Below are positions 49,623 to 63,692 of a stretch of DNA of 64,000 nt, in pieces. A model generated the notes under the pieces. That model had not been told where the DNA came from and did no database searches. It saw only the letters and a list, made by a program, of their open reading frames with translations. Every line of letters starts with the position of its first letter. The stretch's first letter is position 1. The position numbers and the translations under genes are program-made. The stretch is from Octopus vulgaris (Eukaryota): positions 134,974,001-135,038,000 of the forward strand of contig OX597818.1 in NCBI GenBank assembly GCA_951406725.2, written 5' to 3'.

Positions 49623-50210
49623 AATAAGAAAATGGAGGGGATCAATAGGTGGTATTCATCAACTTTTAGACATTATATTATGTCAATTTATTTATTTACT
49701 AAAAGGACAATTATAACAATATATCAAATCAAATTGAAATCAAAAATGGAGATTGTAGTTGTAGCTGATGCCAGTACTGGCTCACTGGCTCCCGTGCAGG
49801 TGGCACGCAATAAGCACCATTCATGTGTGGGTTGTTGCCAGTGCTGCCTGACTGGCTCCCCGTGCTGGTGGCACATAAAAAGTGCCATCTGAACATGGTT
49901 GACGCCATCCACATCCCCGACCCCCGACTGGCTCCTGTGCCGGTAGAATGTAAAAAGCACCATCTGAACGTGGCTGATTCTAGTGCTGTCTGACTGGCTC
50001 CCATACCAGTGGCACGTAAAAAGCACCCACTACACTTTCTGAGTGGTCGACATTAGGAAGGGCGTCCAGCTGTAAAAACATTGCCAGATCAGATTGGGGC
50101 CCGGCACAGCCTCCTGGCTTGCCAGTCCCCAGTCAAACTGTCCAACCCATGCCAACATGGAAAACAGATGTTAAACATTGATGATGATGATTATATATAT
50201 ATATACATAT

Positions 50211-50613
50211 AGGTGCAGGAGTGGCTGTGTGGTAAGTAGCTTGCTAACCAACCACAAGGTTCCAGGTTCAGTCCCACTGCATGGCATCTTGGGCAACTGT
50301 CTTCTGCTATAGCCCCGGGCCGACCAATGCCTTGTGAGTGGATTTGGTAGACGGAAACTGAAAGAAGCCTGTCGCATATATGTATATATATATATATGTG
50401 TTTGTGTGTGTGTTTGTCCCCCTAGCATTGCTTGACAACCGATGTGTGGTGTGTTTACGTCCCCGTCACTTAGCGGTTCAGCAAAAGAGACTGATAGAAT
50501 AAGTACTGGGCTTACAAAGAATAAGTCCCGGGGTCGATTTGCTCGACTAAAGGCAGTGCTCCAGCATGGCCGCAGTCAAATGACTGAAACAAGTAAAAGA
50601 GTAAAAGAAAGAG
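50211..50613 (+). mobile_element. SINE family A
   Basis: Full-length match. Confidence 0.9.
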
Positions 50614-50635
50614 TATATATATATATATATATATA

Positions 50636-52280
50636 TTGGGTCATCCCATAAATAATGTGGTTTTTTTATGCTTCATCTATTTTTCAAAATTAAAATAAAG
50701 TTGTTTTTAATCTAAAATATACTCTTTTTCGTTTTCTACAATGCTCTTCCATCTATCTAGTAGACTTGCAAGGCCCTTCCAAAATTCACTTGTCCATGAT
50801 GAAAAATACTCCTTCAGTACTGTTCTGACCTTGATTTTGAAGACTGCAGAATAAATAATAATCAGATGTGGCAATGTCCAGCAAATTTGGTGGGTGGGGC
50901 ATTGTTTCTCATTCAAACTTCTCCAGCCTTTGGAATGTCATCCTCACTGTTTGTAGCCAAGCATTGTCTTGATGGAAGAACACCTATCATTCTGAAACCA
51001 AAGATAGGCGCAGGAGTGGCTATGTGGTAAGTAGCTTGCTAACCAGCCACATGGTTCCAGGTTCAGTCCCACTGCGTGGCATCTTGGGCAAGTGTCTTCT
51101 GCTATAGCCCCGGGCCGACCAATGCCTTGTGAGTGGATTTGGTTGACGGAAACTGAAAGAAGCCTGTCGTATATATATATGTGCGTGTGTGTGTTTGTGT
51201 GTCTGTATTTGTCCCCCTAGCATTGCTTGACAACCGATGCTGGTGTGTTTACGTCCCCGTCACCTAGCGGTTTGGCAAAAGAGACCGATAGAATAAGTAC
51301 TGGGCTTACAAAGAATATGTCCTGGGATCGATTTGCTTGACTAAAGGCGGTGCTCCAGCATGGCCGCAGTCAAATGACTGAAACAAGTAAAAGATAAAAG
51401 AAAGAAGATAGTCATTTTTCTTCTAGTGCTGACTTAAGCTGCTCACAGTAGATCTCCCTTGTTATTGTTTGATTTGGGTTTAAAGGTTCAAAGTGGACTA
51501 AACCTTTCATATCCCACCAAAAAGATAACAACACCTTAATTGGGTGAAGACTTTCTTTAGCCTGGGGTGTCGGTGTTTCTCCTTTCCCTACCCACTGTCT
51601 TTGGCACTTGACATTTTTATAGAGAACCCATTTCTCATCACCAGTCACTATTCAGTCCAAAAAAGGTTCATTCATGAGACATGACAGCAAGTAAGAGCAC
51701 ACATTCACTCTCTACATGTGATTAGACTTGGAAAGTTTGTGAGGAACCCATTGACCTAGTTTGCTGACTTTCCCAATGGTACAGTTGTCACTGAATGGTT
51801 GAATGATCAAATCCAACCTTCTCTGCTAGTTCCTCAACAGTTACAATGTGATTTTGTTCCACCAGGGTTTGCAGGACATCTTTGTTGAGCTCTGCAGATT
51901 TTCCAGGACAATGCTCATCTTCTAGGCTGTAGTTTCCAGCTTGGAATTTCTTGAACCACCATTGACACTGGCTTGTACTTATTGTCTGATCCCCATGTAC
52001 TGCATTAATATTCCTTGCATGTTCCATTGCATTGTTGTCTTTATTGAACTCATAAAGCAAAATATGCTAAGTACATTCCTTTGTCACTTCCATTATAGCT
52101 TTGAAAAAATAAGTGTTAAAATCGAACTGCACTCTTCAAAACTTGCACTAAGAATAAAGACAAGGCAAAATTACAACCTGCTTCTATAGCAAGATGATGT
52201 ACATAGTTTATCCTGTCCACCTACCCTGACTTAGTTCATGCAATTGAAAAAAAAACCGCATAATTTATGGGATGACCCAA
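50636..52280 (-). mobile_element. Decayed mariner DNA transposon, interrupted by a SINE
   Basis: TA-flanked TIRs TTGGGTCATCCCATAAAT / ATTTATGGGATGACCCAA; transposase fragments LYEF..WFKKF, TGDEKWVLY, FHQDNA, decayed SPDLAPSDY; stops and frameshifts; ATG at 52093, stop at 50707. Confidence 0.92.
51006..51404 (+). mobile_element. SINE family A inserted in the mariner transposase
   Basis: Full-length; aagatag repeated at 51001-51007 and 51405-51411 as probable TSD. Confidence 0.9.
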
Positions 52281-53631
52281 TACATATATAGTGGATCCAC
52301 TCACAAGTCACTGGTAAGGCTGGAGCTATAGTAGTAAACACCTGCTGAAAGCGCATGCTGCCCAATTGGATTGAACCCAGGACCATGTGGTGGGGAAATG
52401 GCTGGTAGGCTGGGTAAAGATTCGTTATTTGTAACAGAAGCAGTATTAGTTCAAAATAGCGTTCTGTATATTTTACTTAATGTGGATATATTGTAGAAAG
52501 TCAGAAAACTGTGGTATTTGTCAAGAGAAAGCATCTCATATAAACATGTGCCAAGTTACTTGGGTAGAACTCTTTTTGTTTCAGTTATAAAACTGGGGAA
52601 AAAACCAAAAAAAACTGATTAGAAGTTTAAGGCTGTCTCTTTCCACTACACAGCACTCCTCTGCACTCCATACTTTACCATGCCTGACAGCAAATATGAC
52701 ATAACTTTGACTGTCAAAACCCTGCAATAAATGTAGCTGAAAGCGTAAAAAACATGTAATTATGTGTTAAAGAAAGTACATTAGTTAAAGAAGGATCTTA
52801 TAGACCAGTGCATCTTATACAGTAAGCGGTAATTATAAGCATGTGAAAGCATACACAGAAGCAAGCTTTCAATCTCTATAATTCCCTTCTTCATCTTGTG
52901 CTTTTTCTCCAACTATTTTTTCTTTTTTTATCTTTCTACGTATCAATCCTACTGTTTACCCTAGTTTGCTTGACTGTGTGGTGGCCTTCAACGCTCTATC
53001 TCTAAGTATCTACACATAAATATCTATTTCTGTGTTTCATCCCCTCTAGCTGTGTCTCTTAACCTCTATCTGCCTGTTAGTGCCTGTCTAATGAGTTTTC
53101 TTTATCAATCAGTCTTCCACTATCTATCACAGGTCCTTTCTGCCTGCCTCCTTCTAATCTAACTTGCTAAAGGACATTTTAGAGGGCTGCACCCCCAAAC
53201 ACACACATACTCTCACACACACGCACCCCCACACTCTTTCTCTCTCTCTCTCATTCTAAAGCCTCTCGGGTTTTCGCAACAATCCACTTCACTTCTGCGA
53301 TGGTTTATTTATTTTTCATTCAATTTCTTTTTCTACTTTTATTTCATCCGTTTATTTTTACTTATGTGAATGATAAAAGTGATAGATTTAAGATCTTGCA
53401 AATGGATTTCTTGCTTCCTATACAGAGAGAATGTCTGCATGCCATATGCTATTATTATGAAACATAATCCTTTGCACTTTTCTCCTGCTGCAGTTACACA
53501 TTAACAAACTCTTGCTAGGGCCGTCCCACTTCAGGGTGATGCCATCATAGAACTAGTAAGGTGCACACTACGAAACAGCCACAAAACCTAGCTACTATTG
53601 TTACGTTGTATTTGATTTGGTAAACATCATT

Positions 53632-53840
53632 TACTCTCTCTTTTACTCTTTTACTTGTTTCAGTCATTTGACTGCGGCCATGCTGGAGCACCGCCTTTAG
53701 TCGAGCAAATCGACCCCGGGACTTATTCTTTGTCCCAGTACTTATTCTATCGGTCTCTTTTGCCGAACCGCTAAGTGACGGGGACGTAAACACACCAGCA
53801 TCGGTTGTCAAGCAATGCTAGGGGGACAAACACAGACACA

Positions 53841-53873
<33 letters not shown>
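53632..53873 (-). mobile_element. SINE family A, 3' half only
   Basis: Tail to internal microsatellite present; head absent. Confidence 0.85.
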
Positions 53874-53876
<3 letters not shown>

Positions 53877-53878
53877 TA

Positions 53879-53928
<50 letters not shown>

Positions 53929-54675
53929 GTTCATCTTTTGTATGTATGTATGTATGTATACACGCATGCAAGTATGCACGTGTGTATGTGAGTATGTATG
54001 TATGTTTATAACACCTGAAGTTGATGACCTTGAACTGCTGAATGGTGTATATGTGTATAAGCATGTGTGTGTGTGTGTGTGTGTGTGTGTATGCAATAAT
54101 AAAGAGGGTATTATTATGGGTGTCTGGTATATGAATGGAATGTGAGACACCCAGGTAACCAAAAGAAAAACAATGATAAAAGTTGGCACAGAATTCTTTT
54201 AGAAATAGGATTGCTATTGCATGTTGTTTTTTGAAAAAAAAAAAAGTATTTATTGCTACCGTACATACCTGACTAACAGTCATCTCTCAACCTGCTAGAA
54301 ATAGTAGGCAACACTCCCTCAAAAAAAAAAAAATGAAAGGAGACACTGGTTAATGCAGCCATGGATATATATAACAAAGATGGGATGGTCATAGCTGGAA
54401 CAGCTGTTCACTTTAAGCTTTATGTCTGCACGCATATTTTGTGACTAGTTCATGCAATAAATGAATTTATACACATATGTACACAATAAATTAATGTATA
54501 CATGCAAAAGATCAATGTGTACACAGTAAATTCATTAATGTGCATACAGTGTGTTGACACAAAAATGTAGACTGAAAAATTCATGTGTAGACAATATATT
54601 AATGTGTGGGCACAAAATAATGCATTTACACAATATAATAATGTTTACACACTACCCTCTCTTAATATTTAATAC

Positions 54676-56385
54676 AGGTGCAGGCATGGCTGAGTGGTAA
54701 GAAGCTAGCTTCCCAACCATATGGTTCTGGGTCAGATCCACTACATGGCACCTTGGGCAAGTTTCTGCTATAACCTCGGGCCAACCAAAGCCTTTTGAGA
54801 GGATTTGGTATACAGAAACTGAAAGAAGCCCGTTGTACAGAGTGGGGAAGCAAAACTTGGAATATTTTGGAAGCCTTATTTTCACATATTCCTGAGGGTA
54901 AATACTAAAATATTGTTTTCTATTTCAAGGAGGAGGTATATAGAGTTAATTTAAGCAGAAGTTCTAGTCATACAATCTAGCATGTTCACTTAAGAAGCCA
55001 AGAGACAACACACTGTAGATTTGCTTCATGCCAGGGTTGCAATTAAATGTATTGCTGAAATTGTCAGGGCCTCGGTGAGCACTGTCTACAACATTAAGAA
55101 CTGAATGCTAGATACGGAAGGCATCAAGAGAAAGCAAGGAAGTGAAGGCATAAATAAAAAAAAAAACAGTATAATCCATTTCTTAAAACTCTCAAAGCCA
55201 AAATTTTGAAAGACCCAACAAGATCCATGAGAAAACTTTCCATGGACATGAAAATTGATCAAAAGACCAACAGAAATACTGTACACATTGATTTATATTT
55301 GGGGTCATACGTCAGGACCCCGAGACACCTATTGATCTATGCAATGAAAGCCAGAAGACGTGGAAGAGTCAAAAATGTGTTGCAATATCTGAAGCACAAT
55401 GGACAAACCATCAAAATCTTTTCAGATGAAAATTTCTTTACCACTGATGCTGTTTTAAATCGTCACAATGATTGATACATTGCTAAATCACCTTCTGAAG
55501 AAAAGGGCGTCTTTAGGACGAAGCACCCAGCTCAAGTCATGATACTTTGAGTCATGACATCTAATGGAAAAAAGATGCCACTTCATTTTTTTCCAAGTCT
55601 GTGGAAAAGGTGGGGGCTGAAGTTTATTATAAAGTCCTGTTGTATAAGGTTTTGCCTTGGCTGAAGTCTAACTACTCCAACAGTAATTATGTGTTGGCCC
55701 AAGATAGTGCTCTTGCTCATACGATGAAGAAAGTGCAGAAATTCTGCGAAGACAGCTTCATGGACTTTTGGCCTGCCAACTTCTGGCCTTCTCCCAGCCC
55801 AGACTTGAACCCTCTGGACTATGCCATATAGGGCAAATTGGAGCACTCTACCAACAGAACTTCGCATCCGAGTGTTGATCATTTTAAGCAAGTCCTGAAG
55901 GAAGAGTGGACTTGTCTGAGTACTTCATCTTGAAGGCAGTGTGTGAAGACTGTGGTGGACAATGAAGGTGCACATATTGAATAAGTTGTCTCTTTATACC
56001 CCAATAAACTTGTGTTAAAATTATGTTTATGTCAAGTTGCTTGTTGTGAAATAAACAATTTGGTGAATTATCTATTGCTTTCCAAGTTTTGCTACCCCAC
56101 CCTGTATATGTGTGTGTGTGTGTGTGTGTGTTTGTCTTTGTGCCTGTGTTTGTCACACACCATCCCCAACCACTGTTTCACAACTAGTGTTGGTGTGTTT
56201 ACATCCTCATAAATTAGTGATTTGGCAAAAGAGACCAATAGAATAAGTACCAGGTTTAACAGAAAAAAAAACCTCTAAACAGCACTGGGGTTGATTCACT
56301 CAGCTAAAATTTCTTCAAGACAATGCCCCAGTATGGCTGAAGTCTAATGACTAAAACAAGTAAAAAATAGAAGATAAAGATAAAA
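54676..56385 (+). mobile_element. Older SINE family A split by the maT element
   Basis: Head 54676-54837, remainder 56105-56385. Confidence 0.8.
54838..56104 (+). mobile_element. Decayed maT (DD37D) Tc1/mariner transposon inserted in a SINE
   Basis: TA-flanked TIRs CAG(A/G)GTGGGG(A/T)AGCAAAACTTGGAA; motifs FSDE, QDSALAH, SPDLNPLDY with 37 residues between the 2nd and 3rd catalytic D; in-frame stops. Confidence 0.9.
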
Positions 56386-56732
56386 AGTGTACACACCAGG
56401 TTAGTTACCTAAAATATGGCAGTAAACAAGTCTTTCAAATTTTGGCACAAGGCCAGTAATTTTTGAGGAGGGAGGGTGTCATTTATATCAACCCCAGTGC
56501 TTGGCAGATATTAATTTTATTGACTCAGAAAGGCTGAAAAGCAAAGTTAACCTTGATATTTGAACTCAGAACATGAAGTACATAGAGAACCACAAAACAC
56601 TGTCTGACATGCTAATAATTCTGTCAGCTTTACTGCCTTAAAGCAATAATTAATGATTACAGACAGCGCCATCCCTCCTCCATTTTTTGGTTTCTTGGGT
56701 CAGTGATGGTCTGGTGTTAAATAATAATAACC

Positions 56733-57260
56733 ACATCATCATCATCATCATCGTCATTTAGCATCCGTTTTCCATGCTAGCATGGGTTGGACGGTTCAAC
56801 TGGGGTCTGTGAAGCCAGAAGGCTTCATCAGGCCCAGTCAGATCTGGCAGTGTTTCTACGGCTGGATGCCCTTCCTAACGCCAACCACTCCGTGAGTGTA
56901 GTGGGTGCTTTTTACGTGCCACCCGCACAGGTGCCAGACAGAGCTGGCAAACGGCCATGAAACGGATGGTGCTTTTACGTGCCACCAAACGGGGGCCAGG
57001 CGAGGCTGGCAACAGACACGAACGGATGGTGCTTTTACGTGCCACCAACACGGGGGCCAGACAGAGCTGGCAAACGGCCATGAACGGATGGTGCTTTTAC
57101 GTGTCACCAGCACGGGAGCCAGGCGAGGCTGGCAACGGACACGAACGGATGGTGCTTTTACGTGCCACCAACACGGGGGCCAGACAGAGCTGGCAAACGG
57201 CCACGAAACGGATGGTGCTTTTACGTGTCACTGGCATGGGGGCCAGGCAAGGCTGGCACA
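56733..57260 (-). mobile_element. Family C (RTE-type 3' UTR) with internal ~60-nt tandem array
   Basis: (GAT)n tail, GGAAGGGCATCC motif, ~5 subrepeats of GGCACGTAAAAGCACCATCCG. Confidence 0.75.
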
Positions 57261-58449
57261 ACTATAATATTATCTCAATACACCTCATTGGGTTCAATTT
57301 ACTGGAATATGTTTGAGGAAGCCTCTACATAGCTACTCTACCTGTGAGAAGTAGCAGCCAAATACTACTGTCTTAAAAATAAAGGGGAACACATGGACAA
57401 TGTAGTACTAGACGCACAAAATAGATGGAATGGTCATAGATAAAATGTCTTTGATCATCATCATCATCATCGTTTAACGTCCGTTCTCCATGCTAGCATG
57501 GGTTGGACGGTTCGACCGGGGATCTGGGAAGCCAGAAGGCTGCACCAGGCTCCAGTCTTATCTGGCAATGTTTCTACAGCTGGATGCCCTTCCTAACGCC
57601 AACCACTCCGTGAGTGTAGTGCGTGCTTTTTACGTGCCACCTGCACAGGTGCCAGGCAAGGCTGGCAACGGCCACGGTCGGATTGGTGTATTTTATGTGC
57701 CACCGGCACGGAGGCCAGTCGAGGCGGCACTGGCATCGGCCACGAGTCAGATAGTGCTTTTTATGTACCACCAGACCAGGGATCCTGGCTGGTTCAATTC
57801 GATTTCGATTTCGCTTGCCCCAACAAGCTGCTAAATCATTGCTTATTGAGTCTTAAATCTTAACTAATCATTGTTTGGTTTACTATCTAGAAAACAACAC
57901 ACACACACACTGCTATGAGTTCACCAGCATCAAAAGATGAAGCATGTACAATAGAAGGGAAAATATACAAAAGAGGAATGATGTAGAAAAGATGAAAGAA
58001 TATGTATGAGATAAAAAAATCAATGTCAATCTAAATAAATTGATCTTCGTTGATTTGTATATTGTCCCCTTGCCTGTTAGACATTGATTATACTGTTCTT
58101 TCCTTAAATATGCTAATTAACTTGAAAATTAATCCTTAGTTTCTTCAAATTTTCTCCCCTGAGAGAGTTGCCAACAATTGCTTCTTGAAGGCCATTCCAA
58201 CCACAACCATCTTATCTTCAAAGAACTTAGGATCACATTATTTCTTTTATTCTTTACTTTTTACTTGTTTCAGTCACTGTACTGCAGCCATGCTAGGGCA
58301 CCACCTCGATGAGCTTAGGTGGGAAAATTTAGCCCAGAACATATTTTTAAGTTTAGTATTTATTTTAGCAATCTCTTTAGCTAAGCAATTACAGGCCACA
58401 AACACACACATGACACACTTCTACAGTTTTCATCTACCAATATATATGT

Positions 58450-58680
58450 ATTTCTTTACTACCCACAAGGGGCTAAACATAGAGGGGACAAACAAGGACA
58501 GACAAAGGGATTAAGTCGATTACATCGACCACAGTGCGAAACTGGTACTTTATTTATCGACCCGAAAGGATGAAAGGCAAAGTCGACCTCGACGGAATTT
58601 GAACTCAGAAAGTAACGACAGACGAAATACCGCTAAGTATTTCGCCCGACGTGCTAACATTTCTGCCAGCTCGCCGCCTT
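58450..58680 (-). mobile_element. SINE family D
   Basis: Full-length match; further diverged copies near 9340-9500, 10090-10310, 11250-11530, 28495-28710, 36530-36750, 37360-37575, 56435-56640. Confidence 0.8.
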
Positions 58681-59116
58681 GTGTATATATATATGTGTGT
58701 ATATATATATATGTCCATATACTTCTGTTCATCTGTGTATAAATAAGTGCTCACATGTATGAGTATAAACTGAGTGCATGTGTGTAAATGAGTGCTTGAT
58801 AGTTCACGCACATGTATTTCTAATCAACAATCCCCTGTAATACTGTTGATTGGAGGTTTTACTTGTCAGACAACAGATATGTTTACATTGTAGCATAGGA
58901 AATTAGAATTTCATGTTTGATACACATGCACACATCATGCATGTAGACATACAATAATGTATATATTTATACTACATATGTGTGTGTGTATATATATAAA
59001 TAACATATACAGACATGTCTATCTACAAATATATATTACTATGTATAAACATACATATAAGTAGACAGACAGATGGTTTACCTATACATATGTGTGTGTG
59101 TGTGTGTGTGTGCATG

Positions 59117-59148
<32 letters not shown>

Positions 59149-59769
59149 GATGGATGGATGGATGGATAGCAAAATTGAAATAGAAAGTCCTTGATACATT
59201 ATTATATATTATATTTTCTGTTAACAGAAAAGCCATTTCTATTCATTCAGTTTTCATAATGCGTGTGTGTGTGGAGGCGAGTTGCTTGGTTAGGGTATTG
59301 AACTCGTGATTGTAAGGTTGTGGTTTCAATTCCTAGAACAGGCGAATGTATTCGTGAGCAAAACACTTCATTTCACATTGCTCCAGTCCACTCAGCTAGC
59401 AAGCAAAAATGATTAATCCTGCGACAGACCAGCAACCTGTCCAGGTAGAGAATATATACACCATGGAAACTGACTCTATGAATCTATGACTCAGAAAGGA
59501 ACTTTGCTTTCATCATCATCATCATCATCATCATCATTTAGCGTCCGTTTTCCATGCTAGCATGGGTTGGACGGTTCAACTGGGGTCTGTGAAGCTGGAA
59601 GGCTGCATCAGGCCCAGTCAGATCTGGCAGTGTTTCTACGGCTGGATGCCCTTCCTAACGCCAACCACTCCGTGAGTGTAGTGGGTGCTTTTTACGTGCC
59701 ACCCGCACAGGTGCCAGACGGAGCTGGCAAACGGCCATGAACGGATGGTGCTTTGCTTTATATGTATAT

Positions 59770-60104
59770 AATCATCATTTAACGTCTGTTGTCCATACTG
59801 ATATGGGTTGGATGGTTTGACTGGGCTGTCACGCTGGAAGGCTGTGCCAGGATCTAGTCTGATTTGGCATGGTTTTCTACAGCTGGATGCCCTCCCTAAC
59901 ATCAATCACTCCGAGTGTAATGGATGCTTTTAAGTGCCACTGGCACGGGTGCCATTTGCATGATACTGGTATCTGCTATGACTGCAATCTTGCTCAGCTT
60001 GATGGGTCTTTTTCTCAAGCACAACATAATGCCAAAGGTCTTGGTCATTGCCTCCATGAAGCCCAACACTCGAAAGGAACTCTGCCACCTTGCCTCCATC
60101 AGGA

Positions 60105-60105
<1 letters not shown>
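59770..60105 (-). mobile_element. 5'-truncated RTE-type LINE: ORF2 end plus 3' UTR (family C)
   Basis: Frameshifted RVLGFMEAMT/DLWHYVVLEK resembles the RTE ORF2 C-terminus; followed by AGGGAGGGCATCCAGCTGTAGAAA...GACGTTAAATGATGAT tail. Confidence 0.65.
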
Positions 60106-60169
<64 letters not shown>

Positions 60170-60187
60170 AGAGAGAGAGAGAGAGAA

Positions 60188-60290
<103 letters not shown>

Positions 60291-60392
60291 CGATACAGAT
60301 GTAGATAGATGGCTACATTTATATAATTCATAGATATATACATAAAGTCAATAAAATAGCCCTGGATATGTGAACGAGTGCATGTAATATGA

Positions 60393-60769
60393 TAGGAGTG
60401 GCTGTGTGGTAAGTAGCTTGCTTACCAACCACATGGTCCTGGGTTCAGTCCCACTGCATGGCATCTTGGGCAAGTGTCTTCTACTAAAGTCTCGAACCGA
60501 CCAAAGCCTTGTGAGTGGATTTGGTAGATGGAAACTGGAAGAAGCTCATCGTATATGTATGTGTTTGTGTGTCTGTTCCCCCAACATCACTTGACAACCG
60601 ATGCTGGTGGGTTCACGTACCTGTAACACTAGCGGTTTGGCAAAAGAGAACGATAGAATAAGTACTAGGCTTACAAAGAATAAGCTCTGGGGTCGATTCG
60701 CTCGACTAAAGGCGGTGCTCCAGTATGGCTGCAGTCAAATGACTGACTGAAACAAGTAAAAGAAAAAGT
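60393..60769 (+). mobile_element. SINE family A
   Basis: Full-length match. Confidence 0.88.
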
Positions 60770-60828
60770 ATGTATGTATATGTGTGTGTATATATATATA
60801 TATATATCATGGCGACTATATATATATA

Positions 60829-61130
60829 GTGATCACGTGACCAACCAGACCATCAGATGTTGTTACACATTGCTGGTCACAATGCGTTCGCATTGTTTTA
60901 GCCTTCAAATGATGCCACCCCGCTGGCTAAGTGAGCAGGCCAACAGAAGAAAGAGTGGGAGAAAGAGTGGTGAAAGAGTACAGCAGGGATCACCACCACC
61001 CCCTGCCGGAGCATCGTGGAGCTTTTAGGTGTTTTTGCTCAATAAACACTCACAACACCCGGTCTGGGAATTGAAACCGCGATCCTACGACCGCGAGTCC
61101 GCTGCCCTAACCACTGGGCCATTGCGCCTC

Positions 61131-61132
<2 letters not shown>
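60829..61132 (-). mobile_element. SINE family B-related, third 3' tail
   Basis: Family B head; tail ...GGTCACGTGATCAC, also seen alone at 32349-32464. Confidence 0.8.
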
Positions 61133-61176
<44 letters not shown>

Positions 61177-61179
61177 TAG

Positions 61180-61211
<32 letters not shown>

Positions 61212-62809
61212 AATGTATATATGTTTGTATAAGAATATTTGTACATTTGTTTCTTATGTAGTAGCCTTTACTTATCTATGTTATAACACACACATTAATA
61301 TATTTAATCCGCATACATTTTCATTTATTTATATTCCCATGATGCCTTGTAATGCTTATTTTTAACTAAAAACCGAATGTCAGATGAAGAAAAGCTGAAC
61401 ACCATTTGTTTATATGTTAACAGTGAAATATATATATAGGTGAATTAACATCTGTGAATATATGTTCCTGGAGATGTTTAGGAAACTGGCATTAGTCAAA
61501 GATAGAAAAGATAATTTATTCATAAATATGACTAAACATTAACAGACGGGATATATCATACTGGCACCATCACTAATGGATTTCCCCTTTGCAGTTGTAG
61601 ATGTCTTCTGTTCACAGAATTGCCCCACAGAGACTATCACAGCACAATGTGTTTAACTCTGCTTGTAAGGTTTTTAGCCTGACTCATAGGTATACCAATG
61701 TCCTTACTTTGAAGTTGCTGCTGAAAAATACATTTTGGTATTTACTAGTTCCTGATTATATATATTTTTTTTCATTTTATTTTTATTTCTTACATGAAAA
61801 TTCAAGAGATTTGTGTTTTTCAATGAGATTTCCATCAACATGACTCACAGATCATTTTACAAATGCTAAACTATATGTAAACTAACACAGTATTTGACAG
61901 ATACTATAACCAGTTCTAATTTTATCTTTATAATAGACTAACAGATCATTTAACAGATGTTATAACCAGTTCTAATTAATTCCATCTATATGATAAACTA
62001 ACAGATTATTTTACAGATGTTATAACCAGTTCTAATCCTAGTTGTATTTATTTATTTATTTATGTTATTCTGACTTTCACAGCTTTCATGAAGAGAGACT
62101 CCAAGGGCATTTATCTAATGGAGGCATGACAACTTAATTTCCTTCAACAACACTCCACCACACACACACACACACACTCAAGGAAACACTGCAGCAGCAC
62201 TGTGCAATCTTCTCCCATTCCCTAAGCAAGACAAACACTCAACTAAAAAGCAATGCTGGTCCCAAGAATCTTTGGTAATCTTTCATCTAAACCACATTTT
62301 CAAAACTACAAACCTAAGATTAGACAAGATGCAGTCTCCAAGAGATTGTGCCATAGAAATCTGCTGCTGCTATAAATACATTGTAAATTACTCTTTCTTT
62401 CTTTCTCTTCCTCTCTTTCTCTCTCTATTTCTTCCCCTTTTCCTCTAACTGTTTACCCTGCCTCTTGGATTGTTCTTCATTAATTTTGTTCAGTATCTGC
62501 TTTTCCAGGTTTTTCATGGCTTAGATAGGAGGTAATTAAAGCAGGATTTTTATAGCCAGATACGCTTTCTGTCAGCAACTCTGAACTGATTTTCAGGCAA
62601 AGGATTTTTTTTCCCCCACAGGAATTCAAAAGCACAGAGCTGGTAGATGGGCTATTGACAAAACATGTCAACAAAAATCATTGCTTACTAACCAATAACT
62701 TCACTATTTGTGATGTCATTGCTTTCTGGCTTTAGATCAACATAGATTGCAAACATTCATACACACATACACAGACACGCATATATACTTACATATACAT
62801 ACATAGATA

Positions 62810-63446
62810 TTTTCAATGGGATTCTTTCAGTTTTTGTCTACTAAATTCCCTTACGAAGCATTTATTGCCATAGGGCTTTAATAGAAGTCATTTGCTCAAG
62901 ATGCTGCACAGAAGGACTGAACTTGAAACTGCATGGTTGAAAAGCAAGCCTTTTAATCCTGCAGCCATGCTTGTATCGATTATTTCCTTGATATAATATA
63001 CTGAATGTTGTGTATTCATGGAGGGTATACAGACTTGGCAACATTTACTCTGGATAGATTTGGTTTCACTGTCGTTTTGATTTCAGCTGATAGTGTAGAA
63101 TTTGGCTATGTGATTAAGAAACTTGCCTCTCAGAGCATGGAATCTTGCGTTCAGTCCCACAGTGTAACACCTTGCAGAAGTGTTTTCTACTATAGCTCAA
63201 GGCTGACCAAAGCCTTGTGAGAGAACTTGGCAGATGGAAACTGAAAGAAGTCCACTGCATATGTTTGAGACTTGAGACTGTGTGGTAAGAAGCTTGCTTC
63301 TCAACCATATGGTTCAGTCCCACCACATGGCACCTTGGGAAAATGTCTTCTACTATAGCCTCAGGCTGACCAAGGCCTTGCTAGTGGATTTGGTAGATGG
63401 AAACCGAAAGAAGCCTGTTTTATATATATATAAGTATGCATATATG

Positions 63447-63491
<45 letters not shown>

Positions 63492-63692
63492 GTCTCTTTG
63501 TCCCCCCCACCATCACTTGACAACTGATGTTGGGTGTTTATGTCATTGTAACTTAGCGGTTTGGCAAAACAGACTGATAAAATAAGTACTAGGCTTACAA
63601 AGAATAAGTCCTGGGGTTGATTTGTTCGACTAAAGGTGGTGCTCCAGCATGGCTGCAGTCAAATTATTGAAACAAATAAAGGAGTAGAAGAG
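62810..63692. mobile_element. Cluster of diverged family A SINE pieces (one minus half, one plus half, one plus full copy)
   Basis: Family A core seen three times; tail at 63640-63692. Confidence 0.7.

Noticed and set aside
48929-49645. Long YI/CV/HT-rich ORFs (also near 8800-9190, 20880-21400, 59870-60340)
   Set aside because: Dinucleotide microsatellites lack stop codons
62100-62720. Non-repetitive stretch with TATAAATA and a 64-aa minus ORF as a possible BicC first exon
   Set aside because: No BicC N-terminal motif (RVDRKKLE-like) and no convincing donor site
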